DNA from: Tubiluchus corallicola
Taxonomy: Eukaryota; Animalia; Priapulida
Reading direction: 5' to 3'
Assembly (NCBI GenBank): GCA_030141605.1
Contig: JAQGDQ010000011.1
Coordinates: forward strand, 926,066-990,065
DNA length: 64,000 bases
Part shown: positions 28,801 through 44,734 of the stretch, piece by piece
How positions within the stretch are numbered: the first letter of the stretch is position 1
Layout of the letters: each line of letters starts with the position of its first letter
The notes under the pieces: model-generated
Seen by the model: only the letters and a program-made list of their open reading frames with translations
Told to the model about the DNA's origin: nothing
Database searches by the model: none
Program-made: the position numbers and the translations under genes

Positions 28801-30500
28801 TCAGAAAGGAAATGAATCACAATAATGTTAGTGTAACAACAAGTACAGACGTTGAGACGACTACAAGCACCAGTAAAGACATCTTCATGAGATCACCAGT
28901 TACTGCACCTATGGCTACAGAACTAAGCGAAAGTGAAACTCCAAACATTTTGACCAGCATAACTAAGCCAGCTGATGGCTTAGAAAAACACGAGTTACAA
29001 AGTTTCACTGCTGTTGTAACTGAACTTTTAAACGAGAACGAGGTAACCACTGTAACAAGTACGACAGAACTAACAACAAATGTAGGCGAAACAGAATTTG
29101 CACAACTAACTACTCCTGCTTTAAACGAAACCGACTTTTTACCAACAGTTACAGTATCTGAAGTTTCAGATGGCACAATAAATGCAAGTACAGTTGTGAC
29201 ACCTGATATAGGGACATCTGCTGTTTCTACTGTGCAGAATGAGGAGATAGAAATGATAACTAACGTTATAGGGAGTGCGCGTGAACTTTCAACAAAAATG
29301 AATAATGAAGAAGTTACTAATGCATTTGAAACTGTAACACAAGTAGTTACTAGTGAAGCCGGTGACACACAGACAAGTATACCGGAAAATGTTCCAACAG
29401 AAACAATAAACGGAGACATTGATCAGCAGTTGAGTTCGGCGTTGCAACCAGATGATAATGATTTTGCAGAGGAACAATCACTAAATCCACTGACTCAAGA
29501 AAGTACTGAGATTCCAAATGGAATGGGCATTGATGATAATCGAGCGATTAGAATTGGCCGAATCATGTTCGAACGTAATTTGCAGATTCAGAAAAACAAC
29601 AAGCAGTCTCGCAATCTCCAGAGAAGGTTAGAGGCATTGAGAAGACGGTTCCTGAGCGCTCGCGACCGCAACTTGCAAATTTTTTTTCAACGCCGCCTTC
29701 AGCAACAGCAGCAACCGGGCAGTCCTCTTGAAGCAACTGAAGAAGAACCTCCAAGAGAGCTTGACAGAAGAGGGAGATTTTTTGTTGGAAGAATGCAGAA
29801 GCTTGCTTCTAATCTGAATAACCAAAGGAGATTGAAACAAGCTGTGAGAGCCATATTAGTCGGCGCTGCCTCAATGTTGATGGAAGTGGGTTGTGACCAA
29901 TCGTCGATTGAGTGTACAGACTGGACTGATGTAGAGAAGTGTTCTGCATCATGCGATAATGGACCAGGGCATAAGGTAAGAAATTAAAGATGCTGCTGTA
30001 TTCAAAACAATATACATTGCATTTTCCTAGTATTAATTAGCATTTTGAGAAGGAAAGTGAACGAAGCGAATTACCAAAATCTAACTTGTAAGTACAGTAC
30101 CCGCTGAAAGATAGCCTAACGTATTAAAGAACACAATTTTCCTATACTTCTGAAACCCATTCATTTACAGTCAATTAACGTCAGTTTATTACTCTGCTGT
30201 AGACAACTACTGTATGCGCTCACCCCTTCAGTGATGATTAGTAATAGTAAATTTATTGTAAAAAAACTGAGCAAGAAGATTTCACCGTACAATTTTCAGT
30301 GACACAGCAACATGCATTAAATAAATGACATTTTCTAAGAGTTTACAAGAACAAAAACGATAGCAACAAATACAACAGCCAGAGCAGCAGCAGCAACAAC
30401 AACAACAACGCCAACTATGACAACGACGACGACGACATCATCAACAACAACAACGACAACGACGACGACAAAACAACAACGACAACCACAAATACGACAG

Positions 30501-30544
<44 letters not shown>

Positions 30545-30983
30545 AACGATCACTTTAAGAAATGTTACAAAGCATGTCTACATGTATTTTCAACAAATGA
30601 ACGCTGAAGTTTAACAGTAGAATTTAGATTAGGAACGTAGATATGTTTATGTAATGAAGTAAAAAGAAAGACAAAATAAGCTCAAACTGCAAAAGAAAAC
30701 CCATACTAAAAAGCTGTAATTGTAAATGTACTGTACTTAGCATTTGACATAAACAAGCTACGTATTTTTGTTGTTTGTTTAGCTTCAGACAAGGGAGTGT
30801 ACTTGTACGTTGTTGACTGGCGGTGAATTTAGTTTCCGTCCCGCCGATTTGATGAGATTCCGTCGTCGGACAACATTGCTGCTCGCAGAAGCCTTGTGTC
30901 ATGTGCGACTTGGAGACAACTGTCGACATGACGTCATGCGTATCATAACGTGCAACGATCCTATATCATCAGAATGCATGTAA
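22380..30983 (+). CDS. Secreted Thr/Ser/Glu-rich mucin-like protein (~926 aa) with a C-terminal thrombospondin type-1-like domain
   Basis: Exons 22380-22440 (MKSFSLGLEIMMNSHNKNVN, phase 1, GTAAGT donor), 22973-23019 (C-ALWLIVICITMTDAL, hydrophobic signal core), 27504-29975 (824-codon open exon ending CTDWTDVEKCSASCDNGPGHK), 30783-30983 (LQTRECTC...LCHVRLGDNCRHDVMRIITCNDPISSECM*). All junctions are GT-AG and phase-compatible. W..W..CSASC..G..TREC is the TSP1 signature. The start codon could be one of the downstream Mets. Confidence 0.82.
23051..23222 (-). mobile_element. 3' half of the tRNA-derived SINE split by the R2-like element
   Basis: Minus strand reads AAAATAGTACTTGTTATGGTCCTGCCTGGCGCGTGGTATTTA...ACAGTCGGCAAAAACTCTTTGACCTTATGTTAATTGTT...CCGATTTTAAATAAAG(ATT)n, collinear with 961-1124. 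Confidence 0.85.
23512..26481 (-). CDS. R2-like protein main frame: Myb-like DNA-binding domain, reverse transcriptase, CCHC zinc knuckle, restriction-like endonuclease
   Basis: LWTDDEMRLMAEQE (Myb); SSPGPD, WRPITIGS, LDLAKAFDTVPH, GVKQGCPLSPLLFNLVID, GFADD, YKYLG (RT); KKGGLG; CRRCGRHAESQVHVLQQC then RRHN; HPDILATK..YVID...EKALKY (RLE). 989 codons with no stops. Confidence 0.95.
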   Translation of the reverse strand: MPTASSMCTPCRPREKRAGGSGTLWTDDEMRLMAEQELEFLGRETSVKGLNMFLHEKLPHRTVGAIATMRKSVRYRTLRDGLRTAEVNVNEMAGREHRVDGPQPGVRASREPGEEQLANRDTLRESIERDIETGNMQNRSDMVAALAFARAALGGGDLDGAFQALSEAWFPVDARPQPARPRPVRRAPDRPANCQKRRRERYKTYQRLYQRDRRKLANVVLDDAPLEVKYPPIDCIEQTYIQRFEKPSLPDDEPIEDFKPCEDPNSLCAPIAQEEVAKTFKAMKSNSSPGPDRGVTMQALRRVSKGAITLVFKVWQFLKKVPNSLKECRTTLLPKSAEGLQDVSNWRPITIGSLLLRWYAKILTTRIQATVKLNPLQRAFQPRDGCSENLTLLNTVIRHARASHRELNIAFLDLAKAFDTVPHTSIVRAMRRFGLPEQVQQIIGDMYTGAATRISIPEANTRRISITSGVKQGCPLSPLLFNLVIDELISKVGSRFGYGIDEHQVAIVGFADDLVLMSGSKHGMGVLLETANGFFTKRGMALNANKCKAMRLVKAYRRKAMKVLIEPTWEISQTPIPMLVVSDAYKYLGIPMTAKGRPTMDTKPLKPWLIRVEGAPLKPQQKVDMIRQYVIPRLTYHFRICEVHMNGLKGADRLIRSSLKRILHMATDVPNAFFYMPMKKGGLGFSCLEKDVPLMKVKMLSRLQASPDPLVNMSASAPVWNRELAWAKRVASLEAYSNAKDINRAKRDNDRRHLSAFNGKVHGKGFAAVSADPLSTHYLRSSTLLSGGDYILVLKMITNSLPVRVNTTRGQPNALRRCRRCGRHAESQVHVLQQCITVNNAISRRHNALCEVLAEALKGQGFTVVREPWFEINRTRYHPDILATKGGHTYVIDPTISAAGNIYSLRARCREKALKYEPILDAVKQRCGSATASSHGICVGFRGEWAGGENDVLLKTLGLLNVRAKLVRSAIRGSCMVFRKFLGRQRRET
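26391..26852 (-). CDS. R2-like N-terminal triple zinc-finger segment, frameshifted relative to the RT frame
   Basis: CPVC-x12-H-x4-H (CCHH), CMKC-x12-H-x3-C (CCHC), CPEC-x12-H-x4-H (CCHH), which is the finger order of R2 lineage A. The ORF-track start is a TTG, not an ATG. Confidence 0.85.
   Translation of the reverse strand: MVLGNGEVAQETSTATNGTLKDNDTDKRIILKYPAQVSDRCPVCGKAIPDWKSAKSHVKFSHGLGVHRLEFECMKCEKLWPSYSSASTHYRYCSQRVASEGTEPPQGGAHSCPECSRTFNTHAGCQQHRRCAHPADPGRNGQVVQVPCGRTMK
27023..27116 (-). mobile_element. 5' (tRNA-derived head) half of the SINE split by the R2-like element
   Basis: Minus strand reads AGACACCAGATAATA-TAGTCTAGTGG(A box, 27101-27091)-TAACGTGTCC...GGGGTCGTAA-GTTCGACAC(B box, 27058-27050)-TGAGGACATGTCATACTAAAGACTTTA, collinear with 868-960. 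Confidence 0.85.
30360..30546. repeat. (AAC/GAC/AGC)n trinucleotide microsatellite in intron 3 of the TSP1 gene
   Basis: Direct reading. Confidence 0.9.
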
Positions 30984-31559
30984 ACTTCGTAGTATGTTCA
31001 AATTGCTTATAGTAGATTGCCTAGGTTAGGCCTGAAATAAAACTAAAAACCAACAGTTAAGTCAACAATGACAGCGCCTTTGACTAACAGTCAAAGTTTG
31101 TAGATGACGATGGCACCAACTCAATTCAAGCTCGCTTTACTTCTTATTATAATTGCTGAAGAAAACTATAGTAGATGGGTTGTGGAATTAAGAGCAGGAG
31201 ACGGTGGCAATAAAGCGCCATCTATAGTAAGAATAAGTAGCGAGCCAACATCAGGTGAAAATCATTTTGTCTGAACATCTCTGTGTCACACTTTAACTAT
31301 CAAACTCAATTCACGTATAACTCTATTGTAAACCCAGTTATTATTTCTAACATTTTGGTGAATCATATAACATCATATATGCATAACTGCAATGGTATAA
31401 TCATATTGTGCTTGTAATTGTATCATATTTATGTAACATAGTTTTTATTAAATTGTAAATAAATTGAATAAATTAAAGTAAAAATTAAAACTGATCGCGC
31501 TTACATCGTTTAGACTATACAAAAACGTTATAAGCTACAAAGTACTGGAGTTCCAGAGT

Positions 31560-31645
31560 CATCTAGCGTGTCAGAAGGTTATTGATGTAACAGGCGGCTG
31601 ATTGGGTTCAATTCCAAGACTGCGAAATTTCAGTTTTTTTCACTT
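31560..31645 (+). mobile_element. Short tRNA-like/SINE fragment of a second family (reverse copy at ~52845-52910)
   Basis: B-box-like GGGTTCAATTCC followed by a T-run; related reverse-complement sequence GAAAAACTG..GCAGTCGGGATTTGAAC...CTGACATGCT near 52850-52908. Confidence 0.4.
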
Positions 31646-34036
31646 AGCATAATCTTTCAGACAGAAATAACGATATAAGCAAACATTTAGTAAGTAGCTA
31701 CTCTATTCTAATTTTCACTAGTTGCTGACTGAATTACATTTAATTCTTTTTAAGGAAATACATATACTTTTGAAACCGCTATGGACGGTGGAATTATGCA
31801 CAAATTTGGCAACAATTCGTCATCAGCTATAGCTAGTAGCATTATTATTTGACTAGTCAACTAGCAAATCTCAAATATTAAATGATAGACAAGTACGCGC
31901 ACTTAAATGGTATTTTTTCAACCATGCTATAAAATAGCATAAAAATATATTCGAATACCATAGTCTTAACTATAATTGTAACAACTTATGATTTTAAATT
32001 ATAAATGTTACGTACTAGCAAATTATTACGTTGCTTTGCAAAACGAAAAAACAGGCTCTCCGCTGCAGAGGTTTGACTGTTTTACTATCAATTTTGTTTG
32101 GTTTTTCTTCACAAGAACTTTTTTACAATTCTCCAAGTCATCATCCAGCATTTATTGGCAAGTTGATGCCGTTTAATGAACTTAATGAAAATAAATCTTT
32201 AGTTAATTACATCACACACTAAATTAATTAATATAATTTGTTAGTAATTACTCTTGTAGGATGAAATTAACTTTTGGAAATATTGACTTGGCTTGGTGGA
32301 CTATAAAGATTGAATTATATGACTGAAGCAAAGTAGTCTATTCGTCACGGCCTTTGTTTTTTAAGTGAAAGATCCCCGGTTCAAATCCACACTTCTCATA
32401 TTTTTACGCGTCTCTGCTTTTGGACAAATTTGCTTTCGAAATTTAATAATTATGGATTCCATTACTAATAATAATTTTGAATTAACATTGCGCGAATAAT
32501 CTGTTATTAAATAAAAGAATTTCAAATTTCGTTTTTGACTATTAAAAAACAGAAAACAAATACAGACATGTGCAGTTGTCTCTATCATACTGACGATACG
32601 TTTGAATGACAGTGACGAATGGTGATTTTATGGCAGAAGAACAATTTGACTCTAGATTCTCGGTCTTTTCTGCACAAATCTGAAATCTTAATCCTACATC
32701 TTCAATTAATTTATTTGCTTACAAAACTGTACGGATTATACCTACTATGTAAAGGGTTAAAATTTATCAAAATAAATTTTAGTGTCGACTTTAATTCGAA
32801 ATTTCATAACCCTTTTACCTACACCGGATTTGCACTGATCCGCAAATAACTTATGAATCACCAAAACTTCTATTCTTGTTCTTGTTGTTGGCTAAGTTTT
32901 TTTGGTAAAAATACAAAACAGTCAATCGAGTATCGGTACCCTTGTATTGAAAATTGTTCCGATTAAAATTATTTTTATGAAACCAATAATAAACTCATTG
33001 AATATCTTACCACCTTAGCTTATGACATGCATAGTTGGTTCATACGATATTTCGAAACTAAAAATTTCCCATAAGTTCCTGAAAATTTTTGTTGAAGCTT
33101 TATTTGTAGATCTACCGTAATTACCTGCAGTAGGTGCATTTTAAGCTGAGTTTCATTATTATGTAGAAATGGACGTAGAAATGAAAACACATTACAGCTT
33201 GCCTGTTGTGGTAATTTTTGTTTTATTTTCATTATAAAAGCACAAAGTATCCAACAAGATGGCGAACATTTAATCGAGACTCTACCGTTACATTAATTGG
33301 ACGTACTCTTGTCAAACATAGAACGTAAAAACACACACAGAAATCTACCAAATTCACTAGCTACTGGCGCCATCTGCACGTCAGTAGTGGCACTAAACAT
33401 TTAAACATTCATAGCGAATATGATACAAGTGTTGCGTTACTTATAAACATTTATAATAGTAAAAAACATTTAAAGTTCACAGAAAACACGGATTATGTAC
33501 AAGCATACACACAAAATAATCTTTTGTAAATAAATACCAACAGAAAAGGCGCTGCGCATGCGTGATGAGTATCAATAAAATCGAGATACGTGTCTTTGTT
33601 ATTATAAAATCAATGTAATAATTCCTAAAATTAATTAATGAGTGCCTCATGTTAACTAGTTTCAATACAAATGCCTATTAATTTATGCATTTAATAACAA
33701 CTACAACCTGATGAGAGTCTGTTTATGCCAAAGGTTTTACAATCTGATTGGCTACTGTGCCACTGTACACGCGTGTGCTTTTTAACTATTTACACACTAA
33801 AAGGCCAATAATCCTTGAGTTTCAACTGGCCCAAATTGGCTTCAAAATGCATTGTGCATTCCTAGTATGTCCCGATTACCTGTGGACCAGTTAAGATACC
33901 CTGTCCCGCGTTACTAGCTAGTGAAACTTGAAAATAAGCATTCACGCCTTTCTCGCCTCATCTCCAACATTTAAACAGGTAATCGGGACATACGATCATC
34001 GTTTTTGAATCACAAACGCTAGAACTCAGGAGTGTT

Positions 34037-36573
<2,537 letters not shown>

Positions 36574-37816
36574 GTCGGTGTTTCCGGTGCTCAACTTTTC
36601 ACTGCAAGATAAAATTGTTTTTAGTTTTTGTTTTTATTTCAGAATAAATTTGCCTTAAAACGCGAAAAGGTGCTAGACGCGAAAATAAATGTTCGGGAAA
36701 CTTTTCACAATACGAAATTTCTAATCTAAATTGCTCAATATTTTGATTTAAAAAAGGCAATCATAAATTTTTTTTGATGGATTTAGGTATTTAAAATAAA
36801 GAAATGGTTGTTGTTACGCCTTAATACTTGCAACAAAACTGAGTCTTTAAACGTAAAATTGACTTCTGAATTCTAGAAAGCGAGTTTTTCAATGGAAAAG
36901 CAAAAATTCAATAAGTTATTAGTCGAAAAATGTTACAAATTCAACAGCACAGCAAGCATTTGTTAATTTGTTTTGCAAATGAAATTTAAATGTTTGTAGA
37001 ACATCGGCAAACTTTGAAACACAAATTTTACACCTTAAGAGCAGTGCGCTAACACGGTAGTAAAGACCCCATGGGTAACAACCGTACGCTGGTAGTATAC
37101 GCAACCCACACAGGTCGACTCTAACCTTTCTAATAACTGATGCTGTGCGTTGCGAGCAATCTAAACCATAACCTCTGCATCAATGAACGTCCTGTTTCAG
37201 ACATGGGCTGCTGCCTCCCAACAACTGCCCATTCACCAATGCTTAACTATTACAATGTTATTAGACCCAAAATGACTTGTCAGCAGTAGACAAATGTAAA
37301 CTAATGGACCATGCGGGGATAAGCCGCCTTTGCGTGTCACTGTAACTCCGTTCTGGTAAGTAGTGTGCGGCCCCAAAAAGCACTCGTGGTACCAACATGT
37401 GCCACTTTTCCTTTAAAGTTTAACAAAAGAGCATCAGTGCGTAAATAAGCACACGCAGTCTCTCATTTATCTTCAACCACTTAGACAAACGTAATCGAAA
37501 TTGTCTTCTATAACTTAATATTATTCTACCCAGATGTGCAGCCCATAAAATGAGAATCTCGCAGGTGAAAGTTTCGCCCATTGTCATCAGGCGCAGGATT
37601 TTTATCTTACCCAGATTCCTGGCGTGTCAAAAACGAAATTAATCTGACTGTAAAAGGAAATAGAATTTGATAATACTTATCGATTCAACGGTTTCAATTC
37701 TGTAAATAACTTTCTCTACCTCAAGGCGAATGAAACACGATTTCTATGAAATCCATAATGAGATTAAAACAAGTAGTCCTCTAAATCTAGTTTTGCAGAT
37801 GATAGTGATGATGATG

Positions 37817-37847
<31 letters not shown>

Positions 37848-39311
37848 CGATTATGATGATGATGATGATACTAGCGGCGGAGGATTGGAGAAGAGTAGAT
37901 GATGATGACGGCATTGTAAGACTGAGGATGAATAAGGAAAACAAAACAGAAAAATAAAAGAAGATGAGGAAAATGGAGGAGGAAAAGAACGAGATGATTA
38001 AAACACCAATAAAGGCAACGAATGTGCGAATGATGCTGATAAACTATTGCTATGGAAACTTGGCTGCACTTTTAAAAATACATTTAACAAGTTGACGAAA
38101 TACGACTTGTTATGTTAGCTACAAACCACAAACCACGAACAACGTTTAATTTTGCTAACTTTTAAGCCAATATTATCTCCCCCTCAAATACCTCTAGTAA
38201 AATTTTGAGTTTTCTGTCAGTAATAATATCCGAAGTATTTCTGCAAAGTAAGTGCATATGGTTATGGTATAATCACAAACAGAGAAAAGTTCTTCCCTAG
38301 AAAACTGTTACCTACATGAGATATAAAATCGTTATAAATCCATTTTTCAAGTGCAGAAAGATAGAGAACTTCACGAAGGCAAAGGCCAAAGGCTTTTCAT
38401 TCTTTCTAAACTTTACAATGGAGTCCGAGAAAGTTTTTGCCGTGCAGCCAAGGTTGGCTTCTAGGTAAATTCTAAACTATTTTCTTACAGATTAGTTTCT
38501 GATTAAAGCATTATGGCGATTAAGGTATTTCACCGAAACAAATTAAAGAGTAAGCCGTTAACGTTGGTAACTCAGAACTATATAACTTCAGAACAATGTT
38601 ATATTGTGGAATTTATTATGAATATTACATTAAGGACATATGCTTTGTTTCTTTGAAGTTAAGTTAAAGAGAAATCATTTGGCATCCACAGCAAATATTG
38701 TTAGGCCTTCTGGCTCCCACTAATATCTATGGCTTGAATTCAGCGTAGTTTGCGATCACAACTGAACTCTAAAAATCTTTTCTTTAAGACCAAAAATGAG
38801 AATCTTGGCAGTAAATTACCATTCGAAAAAGTCTTTAGCATAACAAGCGTTTGTTTTATTTGTGTTATAAAGTTGATATCACGCACAATGGTGTGATTAT
38901 CGCTAACTGCATAAATTGTTACCTGGACCCAGAAATGTAGGCTGAATCAATGGGGGTTTTCTAACTCATAATCCCCATCGTGACCCACTGAGTGCAATTA
39001 AGCCAATACCGGAAACCTTCTCGGACAACATACAGTTGCGAAAGAATAAATAGGGGCCGTGTACGGTTGAAGGAAGTGTCTGTGCGGCCGCTTGACTTCC
39101 TGCATAAGGCTCTAAAACTTTATTATATTCAGAAGATTGGCTTAAATCTTTTAAACAGCCCGCCACCAATTATGACTAATCAGATTTCAGCACGCCGGTT
39201 TCTTGACGTGGAGTGACAACTATTAAGTGCATGTAAAAATTAATTAAGGTGCAAAATTACCTATTCCGTGAATAAGCCTGGATATTAAAAACAGGGTGCA
39301 GACAAAGGTAC

Positions 39312-39380
39312 GATAATGACGAAGATGATGATGATGATGATGACGATGATGATGACGATGGTGACGACAATGATGATAAC

Positions 39381-39422
<42 letters not shown>

Positions 39423-39775
39423 AAAGATGAAGGTGATGATGAGGACGAAGAGGATGAAGATAATAATAGTGATGCTGTTGACGGCACTGTTGGTAGTGAC
39501 GGCAATAATCGTAATGACATGATGACAATGATAGTAGTGATATAAAAGCAACAACAATAATGAGGAAGAGGAGGAGGAGGAGGAGGAGGAGAAGGAGGAG
39601 GAGGAGGAGCATGATGATGATGAACATGATGATTGGTGATGACGATAATAATGATGCTGTTGATGATGATGTTAGTAGTGACGGCAATAACCGTAATGAC
39701 TGTAGTGATATAATAACAACAACAATAATTATGATGGTGAAGAAGAAGAAGATGATGATGATGGTGACGACTATA
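39312..39775. repeat. Degenerate (GAT)n/(GAG)n microsatellite region; a similar tract is at 37798-37910
   Basis: Direct reading; source of poly-M/H/S/I ORFs. Confidence 0.9.
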
Positions 39776-42700
39776 ATAAAAACTCTTAAGTGTTTTTAAC
39801 TGATCCACTTTGCAATACGTTTGCCGGATATATGGTAAACATCACATGCTTTTTTAAATGCTGACGTTTTGCTTAGATAGTCTTTTTTACTATGCTGTTT
39901 TATTCACAGTAAATATGACGGTACCATCTTGAATTTTAAAACAGAGTAACTTAGTGGTGATCTTTGAGATACTTTAGGCTACTCTACAAATCTCTATGAA
40001 GTCTGTATTCAGTCGTGGAAAATCGATGTTGATTCGAAAGCCTGATATGGAAAATTTTTCATTTTTTATACTGAATCAAAATGAAAAAGTAAAAAATGTT
40101 TGTTATCTTTAGAAGTATTTCTCTGTATTATATTTGATTATGAATTATGCGTTTTCAGGATAATTTTCTCTACATAACCCCACTTTAGTTTTCAAAAAAT
40201 AATTACTTGAATTTAAGTTAGGGAAGTGAAAAAACAGTCACTATTTACAATGCTTTTCAACAATTTTGTTAAACCAGGACAGGACTAGGCGAACTGACGG
40301 AATTTGTGAAAGTATAATCACTGATTAATCTTTATTAAATACAGCTGTGTTTCTGACAGAAACGCCATTTTTCTGAGAATATATCACAAGAGTGCCATGT
40401 GTTGGGCAATGGCGGTCAGAGAGAACTGGTTTAATAGCCTTACAAAAGGCTTAATGCGTTTTTACACCAGATCATAAACCACACTCGCTGGTGTTTGCTT
40501 GTACAACATGATGAGAATCATAGACTGATACAATCTCTATGTTGGTCAGCAATGCATGAAGCCCAAAAAGTTGCCTTGCTTCCGCGTTCCTGGTGGTAAG
40601 TGTCAGAGAACGGTCCGTGAGAACGAAAGGATACTTTCGGATAAATGCCCACCTAAGAAGGCGCTTGAGGCGGTTCAAGCTGTTGTTGCATAATAGATGT
40701 ATTATATAAAGTATTGTGTGTGAGTGCTAGTGCAACAATGAACGTTAAATGCTCTCCGCCCATGTCGGAAAACTTGCAGCAACGAACGAATGAAAGAATG
40801 AACGAATTATCAAATGAATGGACGAATAAATGACAAGATGAATAAAAGAATAAATGAATTGGCCGAAAAGCTAATAAAAGAGTGAATGGACAGATGGACG
40901 GATGGATTATTAAATTGACAAGTGAAAGAATAAACAAAATAATTAATTAATTTGTTTAATTAATTGTCAAACAAGCGAGCAAACAAATAAATGTGTAAAT
41001 AAGTGAAATAACTGAACGAGTAAATGAGTAAATGAATGAATGGATTAATGAATGAATGAATGAATGAGAATAAATAAATGAATGAATGAATGAATAAGTA
41101 AGCATATGAATGATTGATAGAAAGGATGAATTGAAAAATGACAATTGGATGAGTAAAAGAATAAACAATTTCACGTACAGTGAATAGATAAATAAATAAA
41201 TAAATAAAGTAGCGAGATAAACAAACGGAAGAACGTATGATTTTCTGCGTAAGGCACTGTTGTTCTAGGTATGTAGACAGGTGCAAACACATGAGAAAAT
41301 GAAACTATACTATCGTATGAACATTTCCTATCAAGATCAACTATTTGCCCTTGAAAAGAAAATTGTTGCTCAAAGGTTGCTAGACACTAATTAGTTAAAT
41401 ATTATTATTTGTTTAGCCGTCTAGAGAAGAAAAGCAAGTAAAAACGAATCTAACTAGAATCTTAAACGCACATCTCCCCATCCTCTTCTCCAAGTCAGAA
41501 AAGCAACTGCTCGCGGTGCGCAAGGAGGCAAGAACCCAGTCTATTAAAGGAAGCCATCTCAGCTTTTCATCTTATACGTAATTTTTAAAATCGTGCCCAA
41601 AGTGAAACTCTACAACAAGATAATCTTACCCACCCAGCTGAAAATAGGCTCGCTCAGTAACATATACACAACCCAATCGGCCATTCTTAGTTTCCTTACC
41701 ATTGGCACCCTACTTATACGTATCTTTAAACATAATTCATGGAAACGCTTCTTCTGGCATCTAAATTAGAAGTTTCTGAATAAGATACAACCATGACAGA
41801 AAGATCATTAGCGCCAATAAACTTTGTGCAGAAAGAAAAAAGAATTGATCGGGTTTGGCCTTTAGACACAAAGACTGAATTGAACGCATTGCTCTCTGAT
41901 CATGTAGTTCACTTCAACAATTAGAATGTAACAGAGGCATTGCCACAATTACGCCAATATTTGCTGAAAAGTAACATAGCACTATCCCATAGCACGCACA
42001 CCATCCTTACATAACTATCATTATCGTGCCGAACGGAAAAGAGGATACAGAAAAATTGTTCGTGCGTGAGAAACAGCCATTAGAACTGTGGCGGTTCCAG
42101 GTTCTGGGAGCGCTGATTACTTGCTTGCATGATACATCAACTAAAAACTGATTCGTAAATGCGCCTTCTAGCGGTAAAACGCTATAATCGGGATCGTGCT
42201 AGGCGAAAAACAGAGCAGAAACGGCACATTGACAAAGTGCGATAAACTGGGTTAGTTGGTTCAATGTTGTTCGGTTATTATCATCAATAAAACGTGGGAA
42301 ACAAAGAGTATGTAAAACTAGACTAAAACCATAAATATGTATTATGCACAAGGATAATGAAGCTGGGTTATCAGTAAGAGGCGAGAAATAAAGAATTGTA
42401 AAATTGGAGCAAAATCATTAATGAATTTAATCAAAGGGCACGGACCGCCTGCATTAAGGGCCTAATAAATGTCAATTATCATATAACCTTGCAAACTTTT
42501 AAACCACAGCTCACGTTAATCTTTTGTTTATGTTTCGTGGTTTCTGCAAAGCGAAAGAATAAATTTACAAAATAAGCTGTGCGAGTATGCAGCACATTTT
42601 GCTTAAAAAAGTCCCGGACTGGTAGTAAAAAATCACAGTAATTTAGATAATTCGTGGAAGCAGCCAAGAAGCTACCGTGACGTCAGAGATACTCGATCTC

Positions 42701-44734
42701 AGCATGCACCTGCAGCTCTTATTATTATTAAGCTGATTCGTTAAGTAATGTAATTGATTTCTACTAGGCCAGTGATTAGTCCACACCATTTTCCTTGCTC
42801 ACTTTTTCTACTTCTTTACCTACTTTATCAATGGACAATTAATTCATTTCAAATAACCGTCAAAATGGCTGTGCCCAGTAGTTTAAATTTTCAAGTTCAC
42901 ACATAACACTCGAAACATGAACTCTACATTCAGTGAAATCACAAACAAATGATACGAAACTCTCGTGAAAATTCACTAACCTTGCTTTCTCACATCATAA
43001 CATAATTCCACTTTTTCCTCGGACCTCTTAATTATGGAATTATTTATGAGATAAATATTTATACATTTTCGTATTTAAACTGCGTGACCTCTTGCCTTAA
43101 GTGATGTCTGCACCTAATATTACATATTTGATGTCATTATAATATGTGAAATGTATCACTTTATCGGTACTAAAAAGTGGAACTTCTGCTTTAAATTGCT
43201 GCGTTTCCATGGTTACGCTATAGGCACTTTTTCATAAACGTAAACCAGATTAAATTATTACTACAATAAAGACTATAATAGTTTACAGAAAACGATTAAA
43301 TTTAATTCAAAAACCGTGTACTGTGTTAATATCAACTTATACATTTTATACATTTTATACGTTTTTATACATTCATACAGTGGTGTATAAACGTTCCACC
43401 AAGCACAGAGTCTTATACTTTACCCGCGTTAAATTAGTAAATAGAGTGTGGCACAATTCAAACAAAACTTCCACCAACAGGACATACTCTTGATCCAATA
43501 AGATGCTTTACCGACACGATACACATTGTTAACGATTTGCACACAAGCTGAGGCACAGGCAGACAGACAAGAACATTTATTATTTGTGCAGATGAAGTTG
43601 TGCTAAGTTCACAATACTGACTTATAGCGTTATACTGACGCAGTTCTACATTTGGCACGTACGTATAATATAGTTCATGCTAAAATAACAATGTCAATAA
43701 GAAAGTCATGATAGAAAATAGAACTAAAAAGTAAAAATAGTAAGTTATCGAGAAACTCGAAGAAAACCCAACAAAACAAAATGTTTAAAGAGTTTCAATA
43801 TCATAAAATGATGTTCATATTCACAATACATATTCATTTTATAATATCATATTATCAAACAAATTGTGATTATCTTTTAGCAAAAAAAAAGATTATTGTA
43901 AGACCAAGAAAAGCTTTTCCTAGGTGGAAAATGAGTGAATGCTTTAAAAGCGCAGAAAACTTGGCTAGGTTAAAGATTAGGTAGGTTAAAGATTAGGTAG
44001 GTTACATAAGCTTCCTCACTGTCTGCATCGCAACTTTCGTCCGTAATTTCCGCACAAACGCATCAAAACGTTTCTCAATAATTTACATCTAAAACTGCCT
44101 TCAATTTGCACTAAACTTGCATTCAATATCTGGTCAATATGTGCCTTCAACTTGCGCTGCCAAACGTTATCCAATGACGCCCGTGTGCAATACAAGAACG
44201 AACGTAGTCTCTCCCTACCTGCTCGGTTAGTTTTTCCCAGTCCCGATCCAGTAAAGCCAAAAATTCCTAACGCACAGGGACAGGCTCACACTCAGATATT
44301 GCACCCCTTAATACTAGGTCAATAAGCAGAAGTTGCACCAATGCACAACTTATATACCAGCACTTATTGCGGATAATTCAGCTAATGACGTATCGGTCAT
44401 AGTTGGTCACGTGATGCGGAGTACCGGTCATGTCAGCCTGCTTCAATGTAGGCCTAGTGTTTTAACTAGATAATGTAGAGAGATAAGAATGCGCAGATAA
44501 GCCTGGCATTACAACATTGAGCAATATAACACCAAGCCTGTGTTTATTGTTGATATAAGCTGAAAGAATGTAGCGATTATAAACTGTACCATAAGCGTTG
44601 ATCATTAAAAACAATTATGTACTTCAGTTATTAGCCATCATAATACCTTATTTCGTTCCATAATTTTTAACAAACAATTGTTAGTCGGTGTTGTTTTTCC
44701 GTGTCTATGGAAGCATATAGACTACACTAAGTTT

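Noticed and set aside
27551-29419. Long minus-strand ORFs (311 aa, 200 aa)
   Set aside because: They are antisense shadows of the large mucin exon and have no motifs.
40440-42030. Possible exons or LINE remnant at 40.4-42.0 kb
   Set aside because: No consistent reading frame, splice pair or recognisable motif could be supported by eye.
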